A stretch of DNA of 20,000 nucleotides from an uncultured virus (IMG/VR IMGVR_UViG_3300020446_000005) (IMGVR_UViG_3300020446_000005), one strand, 5' to 3'; positions 6,500 through 15,136 are shown, numbered from the stretch's first letter. A program made the numbers and translations. Notes: a model not told the origin generated them from the letters alone.

Positions 6500-9279
6500 T
6501 GAGTTTTTATGACGCTATAAGAGTCGGAGCTTCTGGTGCTGCTGGTGCTTTTACGGTAGAACGTAGTTTAAGGTTTAATTCTGGTGATAGTCCTTATTTA
6601 GCACACACTCCCTCTGGTGCTGGTAGTAATCAGATGACCTTTTCCTTTTGGATGAAAAGAGGAGCTATAGGAACTCAACAAGTTATTTTTAGTTCTGGAG
6701 CAGTTAATGCAAGGGGTCATATTTATATTTACAATGACAAATTAACTGTTCAACCTTTTAATAGCTCAGGGGCTAATGGTTATATTGAACTAAATAGGGT
6801 ATTTAGAGATCCAAGTGCTTGGTATCACATAGTAGTAACTCTAAATAATGCAGCTTATAGTAATATGGCAAGCACTATAAATGTTTATGTTAATAATGTT
6901 GCTGCTACTTTTACAACTCATGTCTCTAATACTCCCACTGGTGGTAATAGATTAAATGATGCTCAAGCAAAAAGAATTGGAGAGTTTGCACCTGATAGTG
7001 GTAGTCATTTTGATGGATATCTAACAGAATTTAATTTTATTGATGGACAAGTTTTAACTCCATCATCTTTTGCAGAGACAGATTCTACAACAGGTCAATG
7101 GAATCCAATAGAATATACAGGTTCTTATGGAACAAATGGATTTTATTTAAATTTTTCAGATAATTCTGGAACAACAGCAACAACACTTGGCAAAGATTCA
7201 TCTGGCAATAGTAACAATTGGACACCAAATAATTTTTCTGTAAGTACTGGATTAGGGAATGATTCTTTTGAAGATACACCGACAAAAAACTTTCCAACTT
7301 TAAATCCAAATCACGCTTTTTTAAACGGCTCATCAAGTACTGCCGAAAATGGAAATTTACAATGGAATGGTCAAAGTAATAACCAAGCTGGTTGTCCAGC
7401 TACAATGGCATTTCCTAAAACTGGTAAATGGTATTGGGAAGTAAAATTATTATCGAGTAATTCAAACTTTTCATTTGGAATAACCCCTGCTACATATTCA
7501 AATGTCATAAACCCTGTCAGTCCAACTGGTGCCATAGGTTATGCAGCTTATGGTTCTAAGGCTGTAAGTGGAGTTGAAACACCAAACTGGGCTGCGACTT
7601 TTAGTAGTAGTGATAATATTGGTGCTGCTCTTGATATGGACAATAATGAAATTAAATTTTATAAAAACAACTCTTTAGTTGGCACAATATCTCTTGTTTC
7701 TGGATATGAAGATATTGAATATTTAGCTTGGATAAAAGGTGATACTCAGACTCAGCTTATTCAAGGTGCTATTAATTTTGGGGGTAATGGTTTCGTATAT
7801 ACACCGCCAACAGGATTTAAGGCACTAAATTCAGCAAACTTACCCGACCCAACAATACTTCTACCTAATAAACATTTTGATACTTTGCTTTGGTCTGGAA
7901 ACGCTACTACTTCTGATAGATCAATAACAGGTTTAAATTTTCAACCTGATTGGGCTTGGACAAAAACAAGAAATTTTGGGTATCATCATGCTTTATTTGA
8001 TTCTGTTAGAGGAGTTAGTAATTCATTAAATTCAGATCAAAATTTTGTTGAGAACCATACAAATGGAGGTAAGTTAGCTAGTTTTGACGCTCCTACATCT
8101 GGCAATAACGATGGTGGTATTACATGGGATTATGGCACGGGTAATAACGATACCAGATTATGGTGGAATGTATCTGGATATAATTACGTTGCATGGAACT
8201 GGAACGCTGGCAATACAGATGGCAAGACCTACACAGTAAAAGTTGCTTCTCCTCAAAATTATCAGTTTGATAATTTTGCAACAAATGCTGTAACTCTTGA
8301 TCTTGCAGAGGGCGGTACTTATATCTTTAATATGGATGATTCATCCAATGCATCTCATCCATTCAGTATCGGAACGGCAGCAAATGGAACTGTATATACT
8401 TCTGGAATTACATATTTCTTAGATGGAGTATCTAAAACTTATAGTGAATACACTTCTGGTTTTTCTTCTGCTACTACTAGAAGATTACATTTTACAGTAC
8501 CAGCATCCGCACCAGTGCTTTACTATTGGTGTTCAGTTCACAGTGGGATGGGAGGGCAGATAAATACAAACTCAACTCTTGGATCAAGTAATTTTGATGG
8601 GTCAATACAATCAACTGCGAAAGTAAATGCCTCGGCAGGGTTTTCCATAACTCGATACACAGGAACGGGAATAAATGCAACTGTTGGTCATAGTCTAGGC
8701 GTTAAGCCAGATTGTGTGATATTAAAAAGAAGAACTGGAGGTGATTCTGATTGGTTTGTTTTTCACAAAGATATAGGAAATACAAAAAACTTAAGACTTA
8801 ATTTAACAAATTCAGTATTTACAACTGCAAATATTTGGAATAATACTGACCCTACAAGTAGTGCTGTAAATATTGGAGTAAGTAGTGCTGTGAATGGAAG
8901 TGGAAGCACTTATGTAATGTACTGTTTCAGCGGAGTTACCTCATATTCAAAATTCGGGTCATATACAGGCAACGGAACAAGTGATGGCCCATTTGTTTTT
9001 ACTGGATTTACACCTAGATGGATTCTTATGAAATGTGTTGGTTCTACTGGTAATTGGGTTTTAATAGATACAGAAAGGCCATCTGGAGGTAATTTCGTTA
9101 ATTATAATACTCTCTCACCAAACTTAAGTTCTGCTGAAAATTCATCAGGAGGAGTAACAAATGATATTCTTTCAAATGGATTTAAACTTAGAGGAGGAAC
9201 TGATCGAAATATTAGTGGTCAACAACATATATTTTTAGCATTTGCGGAATCACCATTTAAAAATGCTCGTGCTAGATAA
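6499..9279 (+). CDS. Large receptor-binding/tail-fibre protein: LamG/ConA-like, SPRY, inserted cupredoxin-like domain and C-terminal repeats
   Basis: SLRFN...TFSFWMKR...WYHIVV (LamG-like); GKWYWEV...IGAALDMDNNEIKFYKN (SPRY); GLNFQPDW, GHSLGVKPD, TGFTPRWILMK repeats; HPF...YYWCSVHSGMGG. Confidence 0.8.
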   Translation: MSFYDAIRVGASGAAGAFTVERSLRFNSGDSPYLAHTPSGAGSNQMTFSFWMKRGAIGTQQVIFSSGAVNARGHIYIYNDKLTVQPFNSSGANGYIELNRVFRDPSAWYHIVVTLNNAAYSNMASTINVYVNNVAATFTTHVSNTPTGGNRLNDAQAKRIGEFAPDSGSHFDGYLTEFNFIDGQVLTPSSFAETDSTTGQWNPIEYTGSYGTNGFYLNFSDNSGTTATTLGKDSSGNSNNWTPNNFSVSTGLGNDSFEDTPTKNFPTLNPNHAFLNGSSSTAENGNLQWNGQSNNQAGCPATMAFPKTGKWYWEVKLLSSNSNFSFGITPATYSNVINPVSPTGAIGYAAYGSKAVSGVETPNWAATFSSSDNIGAALDMDNNEIKFYKNNSLVGTISLVSGYEDIEYLAWIKGDTQTQLIQGAINFGGNGFVYTPPTGFKALNSANLPDPTILLPNKHFDTLLWSGNATTSDRSITGLNFQPDWAWTKTRNFGYHHALFDSVRGVSNSLNSDQNFVENHTNGGKLASFDAPTSGNNDGGITWDYGTGNNDTRLWWNVSGYNYVAWNWNAGNTDGKTYTVKVASPQNYQFDNFATNAVTLDLAEGGTYIFNMDDSSNASHPFSIGTAANGTVYTSGITYFLDGVSKTYSEYTSGFSSATTRRLHFTVPASAPVLYYWCSVHSGMGGQINTNSTLGSSNFDGSIQSTAKVNASAGFSITRYTGTGINATVGHSLGVKPDCVILKRRTGGDSDWFVFHKDIGNTKNLRLNLTNSVFTTANIWNNTDPTSSAVNIGVSSAVNGSGSTYVMYCFSGVTSYSKFGSYTGNGTSDGPFVFTGFTPRWILMKCVGSTGNWVLIDTERPSGGNFVNYNTLSPNLSSAENSSGGVTNDILSNGFKLRGGTDRNISGQQHIFLAFAESPFKNARAR

Positions 9280-9303
9280 ACGGGCATACATTAAAATAAA
9301 ACT

Positions 9304-9831
9304 ATGGCATTTAAACTAGACGGCAAACCATTAGCAGTTGATGTGGCATTTAGTCACAACGATATTAACTACCCTGCTAACTGGCTTAGATTAGCTTCCA
9401 AGACAGATAAAGAAGCTATTGGTATTACTGAAGTAGCAGACGATCCAGTATATGACTCAAGGTTTTACTGGGGTGATGGAACTGCAAAAGCATTAGATGA
9501 TGTAGATGCAAAAGATGAAAAGGGTAATTTATTAAAAGATGAAAAGGGAAATCAGGTCGTAACTTTAGGTGTTAAATCAGTATTAAAGGCACAGGAAAAA
9601 ACTACTGCTGGTTCTTTATTAGCAAGATATGATTGGTACGTTGTAAGAAAAGCTGAAAAGGGTACATCAATTCCATCATCAATCTCAACATATCGTGATG
9701 GAGTGCGTACAGCCTGCGATACAAGGGAAAAAGAAATCGATGCTTGTTCTGATACAGCAGCTTTAGTCACATTGTATAGTAGCAAAGAAGATGGTACACC
9801 TAATATGACACAGTATCCTGAAATTAATTAA
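9304..9831 (+). CDS. Fibre-associated protein (assembly/chaperone-like)
   Basis: YPANWLRL...YDSRFYW...LLARYDWYVVRKAE...YRDGVRTAC motifs directly after the fibre gene; KDEKGN tandem duplication at ~9511-9552. Confidence 0.65.
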   Translation: MAFKLDGKPLAVDVAFSHNDINYPANWLRLASKTDKEAIGITEVADDPVYDSRFYWGDGTAKALDDVDAKDEKGNLLKDEKGNQVVTLGVKSVLKAQEKTTAGSLLARYDWYVVRKAEKGTSIPSSISTYRDGVRTACDTREKEIDACSDTAALVTLYSSKEDGTPNMTQYPEIN

Positions 9832-9910
9832 TATTTTTTAGGTGTTGATTAAAGCAATAATTTTACATTTATCTTTTCATCTTAGAGTTTCTCAAATATT
9901 ATATAAAAAG

Positions 9911-10045
9911 ATGGATGATTTATATGATTTAGAAGAAACTAATCACAGATTACTTCTTTTATTTAATATAGAAAAACCATTAAAAGAAGCATCAGATGGT
10001 GCTTGGACAAAATTATCAAAAGAATTAAAAAAAATTAAATTATGA
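9911..10045 (+). CDS. Small hypothetical protein (44 aa, MDDLYDLEET...)
   Basis: ATG at 9911 preferred over the track's GTG at 9842; ATGA overlap with the psbN-like gene. Confidence 0.5.
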   Translation: MDDLYDLEETNHRLLLLFNIEKPLKEASDGAWTKLSKELKKIKL

Positions 10046-10383
10046 ATTATTTTTTATCTTGTCCACCAATATACACATTACCTGGAACTTGGACTGATCC
10101 TGATAAGATTGCTCGATGTAAGGATACATTGATTCCTCACGGAAATTTAGGACAAGGAATAGCTTTTGCTTTATTTATTGGAATTTTATTAATATTATTA
10201 ATACTTTATGGATTATATATGACTTTTGGAAAGGGTGGTAGAAATTTAAAAGATGAAATCAAAGAGCATGCAAGATTACATGAATTAGGAATAGCTCATG
10301 GACATGAAGGTGGAGGAGAAAGGTTTAATTTATCAAAAAAAGCAATGGAAAAAGATTATCCTCAACATAAACATAAAAAATAG
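10042..10383 (+). CDS. psbN: PsbN-like single-TM protein with N-terminal extension and His-rich tail
   Basis: TM helix followed by YGLYMTFGKGGRNLKDEIKEH, resembling the PsbN motif Y(A/S)LYTAFG.PS..LRDPFEEH. N-terminal LSCPPxYTLPGTW matches cyanophage/picocyanobacterial PsbN-like proteins as I recall them. Confidence 0.7.
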   Translation: MNYFLSCPPIYTLPGTWTDPDKIARCKDTLIPHGNLGQGIAFALFIGILLILLILYGLYMTFGKGGRNLKDEIKEHARLHELGIAHGHEGGGERFNLSKKAMEKDYPQHKHKK

Positions 10384-10542
10384 TTATCTTAAACCTCTAT
10401 CTCTACTACCTTTAAACCAATTATCACTCGCGTTTTTTATTTGTTCTTCTTTGTTTTTACAATGAGGACAGTTACATTTACCTTCAGCTGCTAATCTAGC
10501 ATCTATAAAAAAAGGTAAATTCTTCAATTTATACGTTTGCAT
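10384..10542 (-). CDS. Small Cys-motif protein (MQTYKLKNLPFFIDARLAAEGKCNCPHCKNKEEQIKNASDNWFKGSRDRGLR, 52 aa)
   Basis: Manually translated. CxCPHC motif; its stop abuts the psbN-like stop. Confidence 0.6.
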   Translation of the reverse strand: MQTYKLKNLPFFIDARLAAEGKCNCPHCKNKEEQIKNASDNWFKGSRDRGLR

Positions 10543-10572
10543 TAAAAGAAGTATTATCTTTAATTTTATTAT

Positions 10573-10674
10573 TTATACTTCCAATAGACCATTCATTCCT
10601 GCTATTGTGCCGACAATAACAAAAAAGATAAATTCAAATAATGAATAATAAGGGCTGTAAAAAATTTTACTCAT
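10573..10674 (-). CDS. Micro membrane protein (MSKIFYSPYYSLFEFIFFVIVGTIAGMNGLLEV, 33 aa)
   Basis: Manually translated; ATGA overlap with the upstream ORF; single hydrophobic helix. Confidence 0.7.
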   Translation of the reverse strand: MSKIFYSPYYSLFEFIFFVIVGTIAGMNGLLEV

Positions 10675-10745
10675 GCGAAGACAAACGAGCCGGCATTAGT
10701 AAAGATGTAAATAGAAATAACAGTTGTGAAAAGAATGTGATTCAT
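10671..10745 (-). CDS. Micro membrane peptide (MNHILFTTVISIYIFTNAGSFVFA, 24 aa)
   Basis: Manually translated; ATGA overlaps at both ends. Confidence 0.65.
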   Translation of the reverse strand: MNHILFTTVISIYIFTNAGSFVFA

Positions 10746-10909
10746 CGTGTTGATTGATATACAGGAGTCATAACGCCACCGCCTTGATCGTCATCATCAT
10801 CGTCGATAGCTCGTAATATTAGTTCTATTAAAACTAAAGAGCCTATGGGATATAAAACCCATAAGGCTGCCATAGAAGGGGGAAATGAAGAAGGATCACC
10901 AAATCCCAT
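10742..10909 (-). CDS. Small TM protein with acidic DDDDDDQGGG motif (55 aa)
   Basis: MGFGDPSSFPPSMAALWVLYPIGSLVLIELILRAIDDDDDDQGGGVMTPVYQSTR; TAATG-coupled to the last hli. Confidence 0.8.
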   Translation of the reverse strand: MGFGDPSSFPPSMAALWVLYPIGSLVLIELILRAIDDDDDDQGGGVMTPVYQSTR

Positions 10910-11052
10910 TAGATAAAGCCAGGTATTAACTGACCTGTTGTGAGATAAGCACCCACTGCAGCAATGACACCTAACATTGCAAGTTGACCATTTAATCTTT
11001 CAGCAATAATTTTTTGCTTCTCGATTGGTTTTGAGTAAGAATCTATATCCAT
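10909..11052 (-). CDS. hli: High-light-inducible protein (47 aa)
   Basis: MDIDSYSKPIEKQKIIAERLNGQLAMLGVIAAVGAYLTTGQLIPGFI; AExxNG motif and TGQxIPG tail. Confidence 0.93.
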   Translation of the reverse strand: MDIDSYSKPIEKQKIIAERLNGQLAMLGVIAAVGAYLTTGQLIPGFI

Positions 11053-11165
11053 TAAACAAAACCTGGAATTAATTGTCCTGTAAACCCATAGACTGTGCAG
11101 ATTGCGATGAAACCCATCATTGCTGCTCGTCCTTGTGCTTTTAGAAAAATTTCTCTGTTATTCAT
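11052..11165 (-). CDS. hli: Divergent high-light-inducible protein (37 aa)
   Basis: MNNREIFLKAQGRAAMMGFIAICTVYGFTGQLIPGFV; GRxAM and TGQLIPG are retained but ExxN is replaced by LxxQ. Confidence 0.88.
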   Translation of the reverse strand: MNNREIFLKAQGRAAMMGFIAICTVYGFTGQLIPGFV

Positions 11166-11272
11166 TAGAAAATTCCAGGAATTATATTACCTGTTGTTGC
11201 GTATGCACCAACTGCTGCGACGAATCCAAGCATTGCTGCCCAGCCGTTAAATCTTTCTGCTTCAGGAGTCAT
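11165..11272 (-). CDS. hli: High-light-inducible protein (35 aa)
   Basis: MTPEAERFNGWAAMLGFVAAVGAYATTGNIIPGIF, the short multicopy Prochlorococcus/cyanophage-type Hli. Confidence 0.95.
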   Translation of the reverse strand: MTPEAERFNGWAAMLGFVAAVGAYATTGNIIPGIF

Positions 11273-11292
11273 GATAAAAAAGGGGGTTTAAT

Positions 11293-11484
11293 TTAAAAAA
11301 TGCCAGGAATAATCTGACCTGTTGTGGAATAAGCACCTATTAAAGCTACGAAGCCGATCATTGCCCAACGTCCATTAGCTTTTTCAGCTTCTTCTGGATA
11401 GCCTTTATAATTAGGATCTACATCAGTAGTTGGCTCAATAGAATAGATGTTTTGGCGACCGCCACTTTCAGTAACTGTTGTCAT
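11293..11484 (-). CDS. hli: High-light-inducible protein (63 aa)
   Basis: MTTVTESGGRQN...AEKANGRWAMIGFVALIGAYSTTGQIIPGIF, with the canonical ExxNGRxAM motif. Confidence 0.96.
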   Translation of the reverse strand: MTTVTESGGRQNIYSIEPTTDVDPNYKGYPEEAEKANGRWAMIGFVALIGAYSTTGQIIPGIF

Positions 11485-11517
11485 TAGGTATTTATATCTT
11501 CTTAATATTTTAACAAT

Positions 11518-11555
11518 GTTACACTTTGTAACACAAGTTTACATTACTTAATATT
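11518..11555. promoter_or_regulatory. HLR1-like (RpaB-type) direct repeats upstream of the hli cluster
   Basis: Octamers at 10-nt period: GTTACACT 11518, GTAACACA 11528, TTTACATT 11538, TTAATATT 11548. Resembles (G/T)TTACA(T/A)(T/A)-N2 repeats. Confidence 0.6.
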
Positions 11556-11594
11556 CTATATATAAGCTATAAGTATTTCTAATATCCTTTGGTA

Positions 11595-14156
11595 CTACTG
11601 TTTTTCTGGTAATATAGTTTCGCAATTTTTATATTTTTCATCTGAATTTCTAACTGCTAAACCCTTAATAAAGGGTCTACCTTTTTTACTAAACTGTTTA
11701 ATTTCTTTCATACCTAGTTGATTTTTACAACAATCCAAAAGTAAAGATATAAATCTTTTTTGTCCTACAGGTTTTGAACCAGTATCTTCACAATAGGAAC
11801 AGTAACTAGCATATAAATGAAAATTAGAATTGCAGTATCTTTCTTTAGACTCTTTAGCTGCTGGTATTTTTTTACCTACAGCTGCTACAGCTTTTTCATC
11901 ATGTACAACCTCGGATTGTAACCATTCAACAAGATTATTACTCGTCAATAAAATACTATTTCTTACAGATTTTAAGTGATTAACTTTTTCGTATGTATCT
12001 AAAAGATATTCACGCATATCTTTAGTTTTCATTTCTAAAACCCAGTTAACTAATCCTGGTAAATAACTCTTCCATAATCCTTTTACTTCTCCGTTTTCTA
12101 GTTTTATCATCTCTATTGCTTGTGAATTTTTATCCCATAAAGGTCTGTTAAATTCAATAGTCAATCTTCTTCTTGTTAAACCAGAAGTATTATCCGTTGT
12201 TTGTATAGGTTCATTTGCACAAACCATTACCATGCCTGTATAGACAAAAGGTTCTCCTACATTTTTATTTTTTTCTTCAAATCGTAAATTGTCACCTCCA
12301 GTTAAAGCTTTAAAAATTTGTGCAGATCCACCATATCTTTCAGAATCATTAATTAGAGTCAAACGCTTACCTTTAATAGAAGCAATTTCAAATCTACTTT
12401 GTTCTAATTGATTTAAGGTTGTACTTGCGTAATTACCATTACCTACAAGAGCACAACATAAATTAGCAAAAGTTGATTTACCTCTTCCGCCAGGGCCTAT
12501 AACTTCTAAAAATCTCTGTAATTCATGACCTTTACCTACTAAACAAGCTTTTAACCATGCTCTTAATACTTGGACTCTTTCATTATCACCATATTGAGTT
12601 TTCTTTAACCATTCAATAATAGGTCCTGAGTCAGCTTGTGGGTCATAATCAAAATCTAAGCCCCACGTTAAATAATGTTCACAATCATGATCTAAAAACT
12701 CTCCTGTACTCATTTCTAAAACGCCATTTTTAAAAGCTAATTTATCAGGATCATCATTCCAATAGGGTTGTGTAATATAAGCCTTTGTTAAATTAGTAAC
12801 ATCAGACAGTAGATGAGAAGTAAAACCACCTGGAGTAGGTATATTTTCCCTTAGAAATAAATCTTGTACAAAATGTTTATATTCATCTTTATATTCCTCT
12901 CTCCGCCAAGTACCTTTACTGGATTGGTAAAACATAAAAGTATCATATTTAGGATCAAATCTCCATCCACACTCTATAACCATCTGAGTTACATACTCGG
13001 CTAATTCAGAAGCTGGTGGTGTTTTTGGTCTACCTTTATTTTGTAATTTTTGATTAACTACATTTAATTCTTTTTTTGAGGGTTGTCCAAGTATTTCATT
13101 TAATACGTCGTCTACTACATTATTTGCAATAGTATTATCATTTTCAAAAAGTTTTTTAGCCTTTTCTTTTAAAGATTTTCCTGTTTCTACTACAAAACCA
13201 CCTACATCTACATAACCATCTTCTTTTGCCATTGCACGTAGATGATGAAGACCACAATGATTTTCTGGATTAGGACCACCCTCTACTACTTCAAAAGTAT
13301 CCCATTTTCTTTCACATGCACCTTCTTCAAAATTATCAGCTTGTTTTGACCAATCTATCCACTCTGACAAAAGTGAGTCATCAACTTGTTTAAGACACAT
13401 TCCCACTTTTACCCATGAGTCATATTCTTGCGATCTTTCAAGACTTAAATGATCAAGATAAATTTTTGCATCGTTTATATAAGATTCTTGCTCATACTCT
13501 GAACCCTCTTCGTATTCAATATTTACTTGTTGAGTTAATATGCCTTCTTTTACGGGTTTTTTATATTTATTAAGAGGATAAGCTTTTATAATTGCGTCAT
13601 AAAGCCATTCAGGAAGCTCAGGAGGGTTCTTAGCGTGTTCAAAACCACCATGAGGTGTAGTAAAGTATCCATCGGTATCAGGATGGCTTCCCATTATAGC
13701 TCCTTGTCTTGATCTAAATAAAATCTCGAAAGAAGGGATACCTATTTTTATTGTTGCTTTATCTGGTATTAAAGATAATTTTTTTGTAGGAATACTAAAT
13801 AGCATTCTTTGTCTTGATTCTTTTCCAGAAGATATAGTTAAAGTTGGTGGAAAAGCTGCAGCTATTGGAGCTCCTGCTAATTCTTCTAAAGGTTTTATTG
13901 AATCAGGTCCATCTATATCTACCCAAACTAATCCATATTCGTTTGACCATACTCCAGTAATTAATCCAATTCCTGTTGCCTTTCCCTGATCAAACTCACG
14001 TTTAATTTGATCTATCGTATAGGGTTGTGATGTCCAACCAGCAATATAAGCCCTTTTACCTTGTAAAGGAGTCAAAGCCCAATCTCTGGGGATTAAATCA
14101 AAATTAATCTCACCTGCTTTTAAATGATTATTAGATTCTGGTGATGCAGTTGACAT
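11595..14156 (-). CDS. Phage primase-helicase (bifunctional Prim-Pol, PriCT-2, D5/P4-type SF3 helicase)
   Basis: N-terminal LTPLQGKRAY...WVDIDG; YDSWVKVGMCL...W.DWS (PriCT-2); LAFKNGVL (D5_N); Walker A GPGGRGKST, Walker B LTLIND, motif C VCANE. GAGGA RBS upstream. Confidence 0.92.
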   Translation of the reverse strand: MSTASPESNNHLKAGEINFDLIPRDWALTPLQGKRAYIAGWTSQPYTIDQIKREFDQGKATGIGLITGVWSNEYGLVWVDIDGPDSIKPLEELAGAPIAAAFPPTLTISSGKESRQRMLFSIPTKKLSLIPDKATIKIGIPSFEILFRSRQGAIMGSHPDTDGYFTTPHGGFEHAKNPPELPEWLYDAIIKAYPLNKYKKPVKEGILTQQVNIEYEEGSEYEQESYINDAKIYLDHLSLERSQEYDSWVKVGMCLKQVDDSLLSEWIDWSKQADNFEEGACERKWDTFEVVEGGPNPENHCGLHHLRAMAKEDGYVDVGGFVVETGKSLKEKAKKLFENDNTIANNVVDDVLNEILGQPSKKELNVVNQKLQNKGRPKTPPASELAEYVTQMVIECGWRFDPKYDTFMFYQSSKGTWRREEYKDEYKHFVQDLFLRENIPTPGGFTSHLLSDVTNLTKAYITQPYWNDDPDKLAFKNGVLEMSTGEFLDHDCEHYLTWGLDFDYDPQADSGPIIEWLKKTQYGDNERVQVLRAWLKACLVGKGHELQRFLEVIGPGGRGKSTFANLCCALVGNGNYASTTLNQLEQSRFEIASIKGKRLTLINDSERYGGSAQIFKALTGGDNLRFEEKNKNVGEPFVYTGMVMVCANEPIQTTDNTSGLTRRRLTIEFNRPLWDKNSQAIEMIKLENGEVKGLWKSYLPGLVNWVLEMKTKDMREYLLDTYEKVNHLKSVRNSILLTSNNLVEWLQSEVVHDEKAVAAVGKKIPAAKESKERYCNSNFHLYASYCSYCEDTGSKPVGQKRFISLLLDCCKNQLGMKEIKQFSKKGRPFIKGLAVRNSDEKYKNCETILPEKQ

Positions 14157-14317
14157 TATGTCCTCTTCATGTGTGTAGTGAATCCATCTAGAGATTAGCC
14201 TTTATTTATACAAGCGAAACCCCCATATATAGGAAAATTTTCTATTTTCTTTGTATTTTGGTACTAAATGTGCTGATTCCTATACTTAATTTATTATGCA
14301 TAGGTTTTTATTTTTGT

Positions 14318-15136
14318 CTATAAGTTATCTCCATCGATACCAAGCATTTCAATCTCTCGCTCAAGTTTTTCTGGTAATATAACTTCATAATATTTTTTTA
14401 CTGTATCTTTCCACTTTTGTTTATATTTTTCTATGGTTACTTTTTGAATTACAAACACTTGAGAAGTTTCCTTAGTAGCTACAAAAGTCATACATAATTC
14501 TGGAATAACTCCAATAGTATGTTCTAAACCTAATGCATAAGCAGCTAATTGCATCTGACATTTTTGATATTTCATAAATCCAGCTCTTTTTTTACCGAAT
14601 TCATTTTTAGGAGTACTAGAGTCAGGCCATTTGGAATAGTAAGGTCCATTACTAGTTTTCAAATCTCCAAGCATTATTTTGCCTTTATATTCAGCGACAA
14701 TGTCAGGGGCTCCAGCCCATCCATAATTTTTACCCTCCGTAAAACCTGGATGCCATACTCTTGAGATCCCATCAGAGCCTCTACACCAAGCATAATCATC
14801 CAAGTTTGCAGGATTTTCAGCCCAAATTACATTTTCTAATTTTGATAAATTAGCCGGTAAACCCTCCCAAAACTGTGATATTTCAGGGTCTTCTATGACA
14901 GGATTACGATCTACTCCTAATAAGTAGTCTTCCATTAATGAGTGAACTTTTGTTCCTCGTGCAGCTGCAGCCTCTCGACCACCTGGGTTTTTCTTTGCCC
15001 ATCTTTCAAGAGCTGCTTTATTTCCTGATGTTTCAGAAAGAATGGTTGTTACAGAGGGTAATTCACCGTATGGGGTTTTGTAATGACGTGACCCATTGAT
15101 GGATACCCTTGTATCACCTTTAGATCTATAATCCAA
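14318..15136 (-). CDS. PD-(D/E)XK exonuclease (MGME1/RecB-like phage nuclease)
   Basis: LPSVTTIL, RGTKVH, AGAPD, GDLKTS and QLAAY motifs. Confidence 0.88.
   Translation of the reverse strand: MDYRSKGDTRVSINGSRHYKTPYGELPSVTTILSETSGNKAALERWAKKNPGGREAAAARGTKVHSLMEDYLLGVDRNPVIEDPEISQFWEGLPANLSKLENVIWAENPANLDDYAWCRGSDGISRVWHPGFTEGKNYGWAGAPDIVAEYKGKIMLGDLKTSNGPYYSKWPDSSTPKNEFGKKRAGFMKYQKCQMQLAAYALGLEHTIGVIPELCMTFVATKETSQVFVIQKVTIEKYKQKWKDTVKKYYEVILPEKLEREIEMLGIDGDNL

Noticed and set aside
7085..8680. Minus-strand ORFs 7085..7336 and 8492..8680
   Set aside because: Antisense within the 926-aa fibre gene, with no motifs.
4023..9297. TAAAAT hexamers upstream of plus-strand genes (4023, 4480, 5615, 9292) as a phage promoter motif
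   Set aside because: Too frequent by chance in AT-rich DNA and spacing to the ATG is inconsistent; TSS data would be needed.
9552..9785. 77-aa minus-strand ORF
   Set aside because: Antisense shadow of 9304..9831.
4510..9831. Diversity-generating retroelement or invertible fibre cassette
   Set aside because: No reverse transcriptase or invertase, and no near-identical template/variable repeat pair was seen.
11528..11542. NtcA box upstream of hli
   Set aside because: Spacing is GTA-N9-TAC rather than GTA-N8-TAC, and the HLR1-like repeat explains the sequence better.
14549..14764. 71-aa plus-strand ORF
   Set aside because: Antisense to the exonuclease catalytic region.
14318..15136. Cas4/CRISPR interpretation of the PD-(D/E)XK nuclease
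   Set aside because: No four-Cys Fe-S motif, and no repeat-spacer array or other cas genes in the window.
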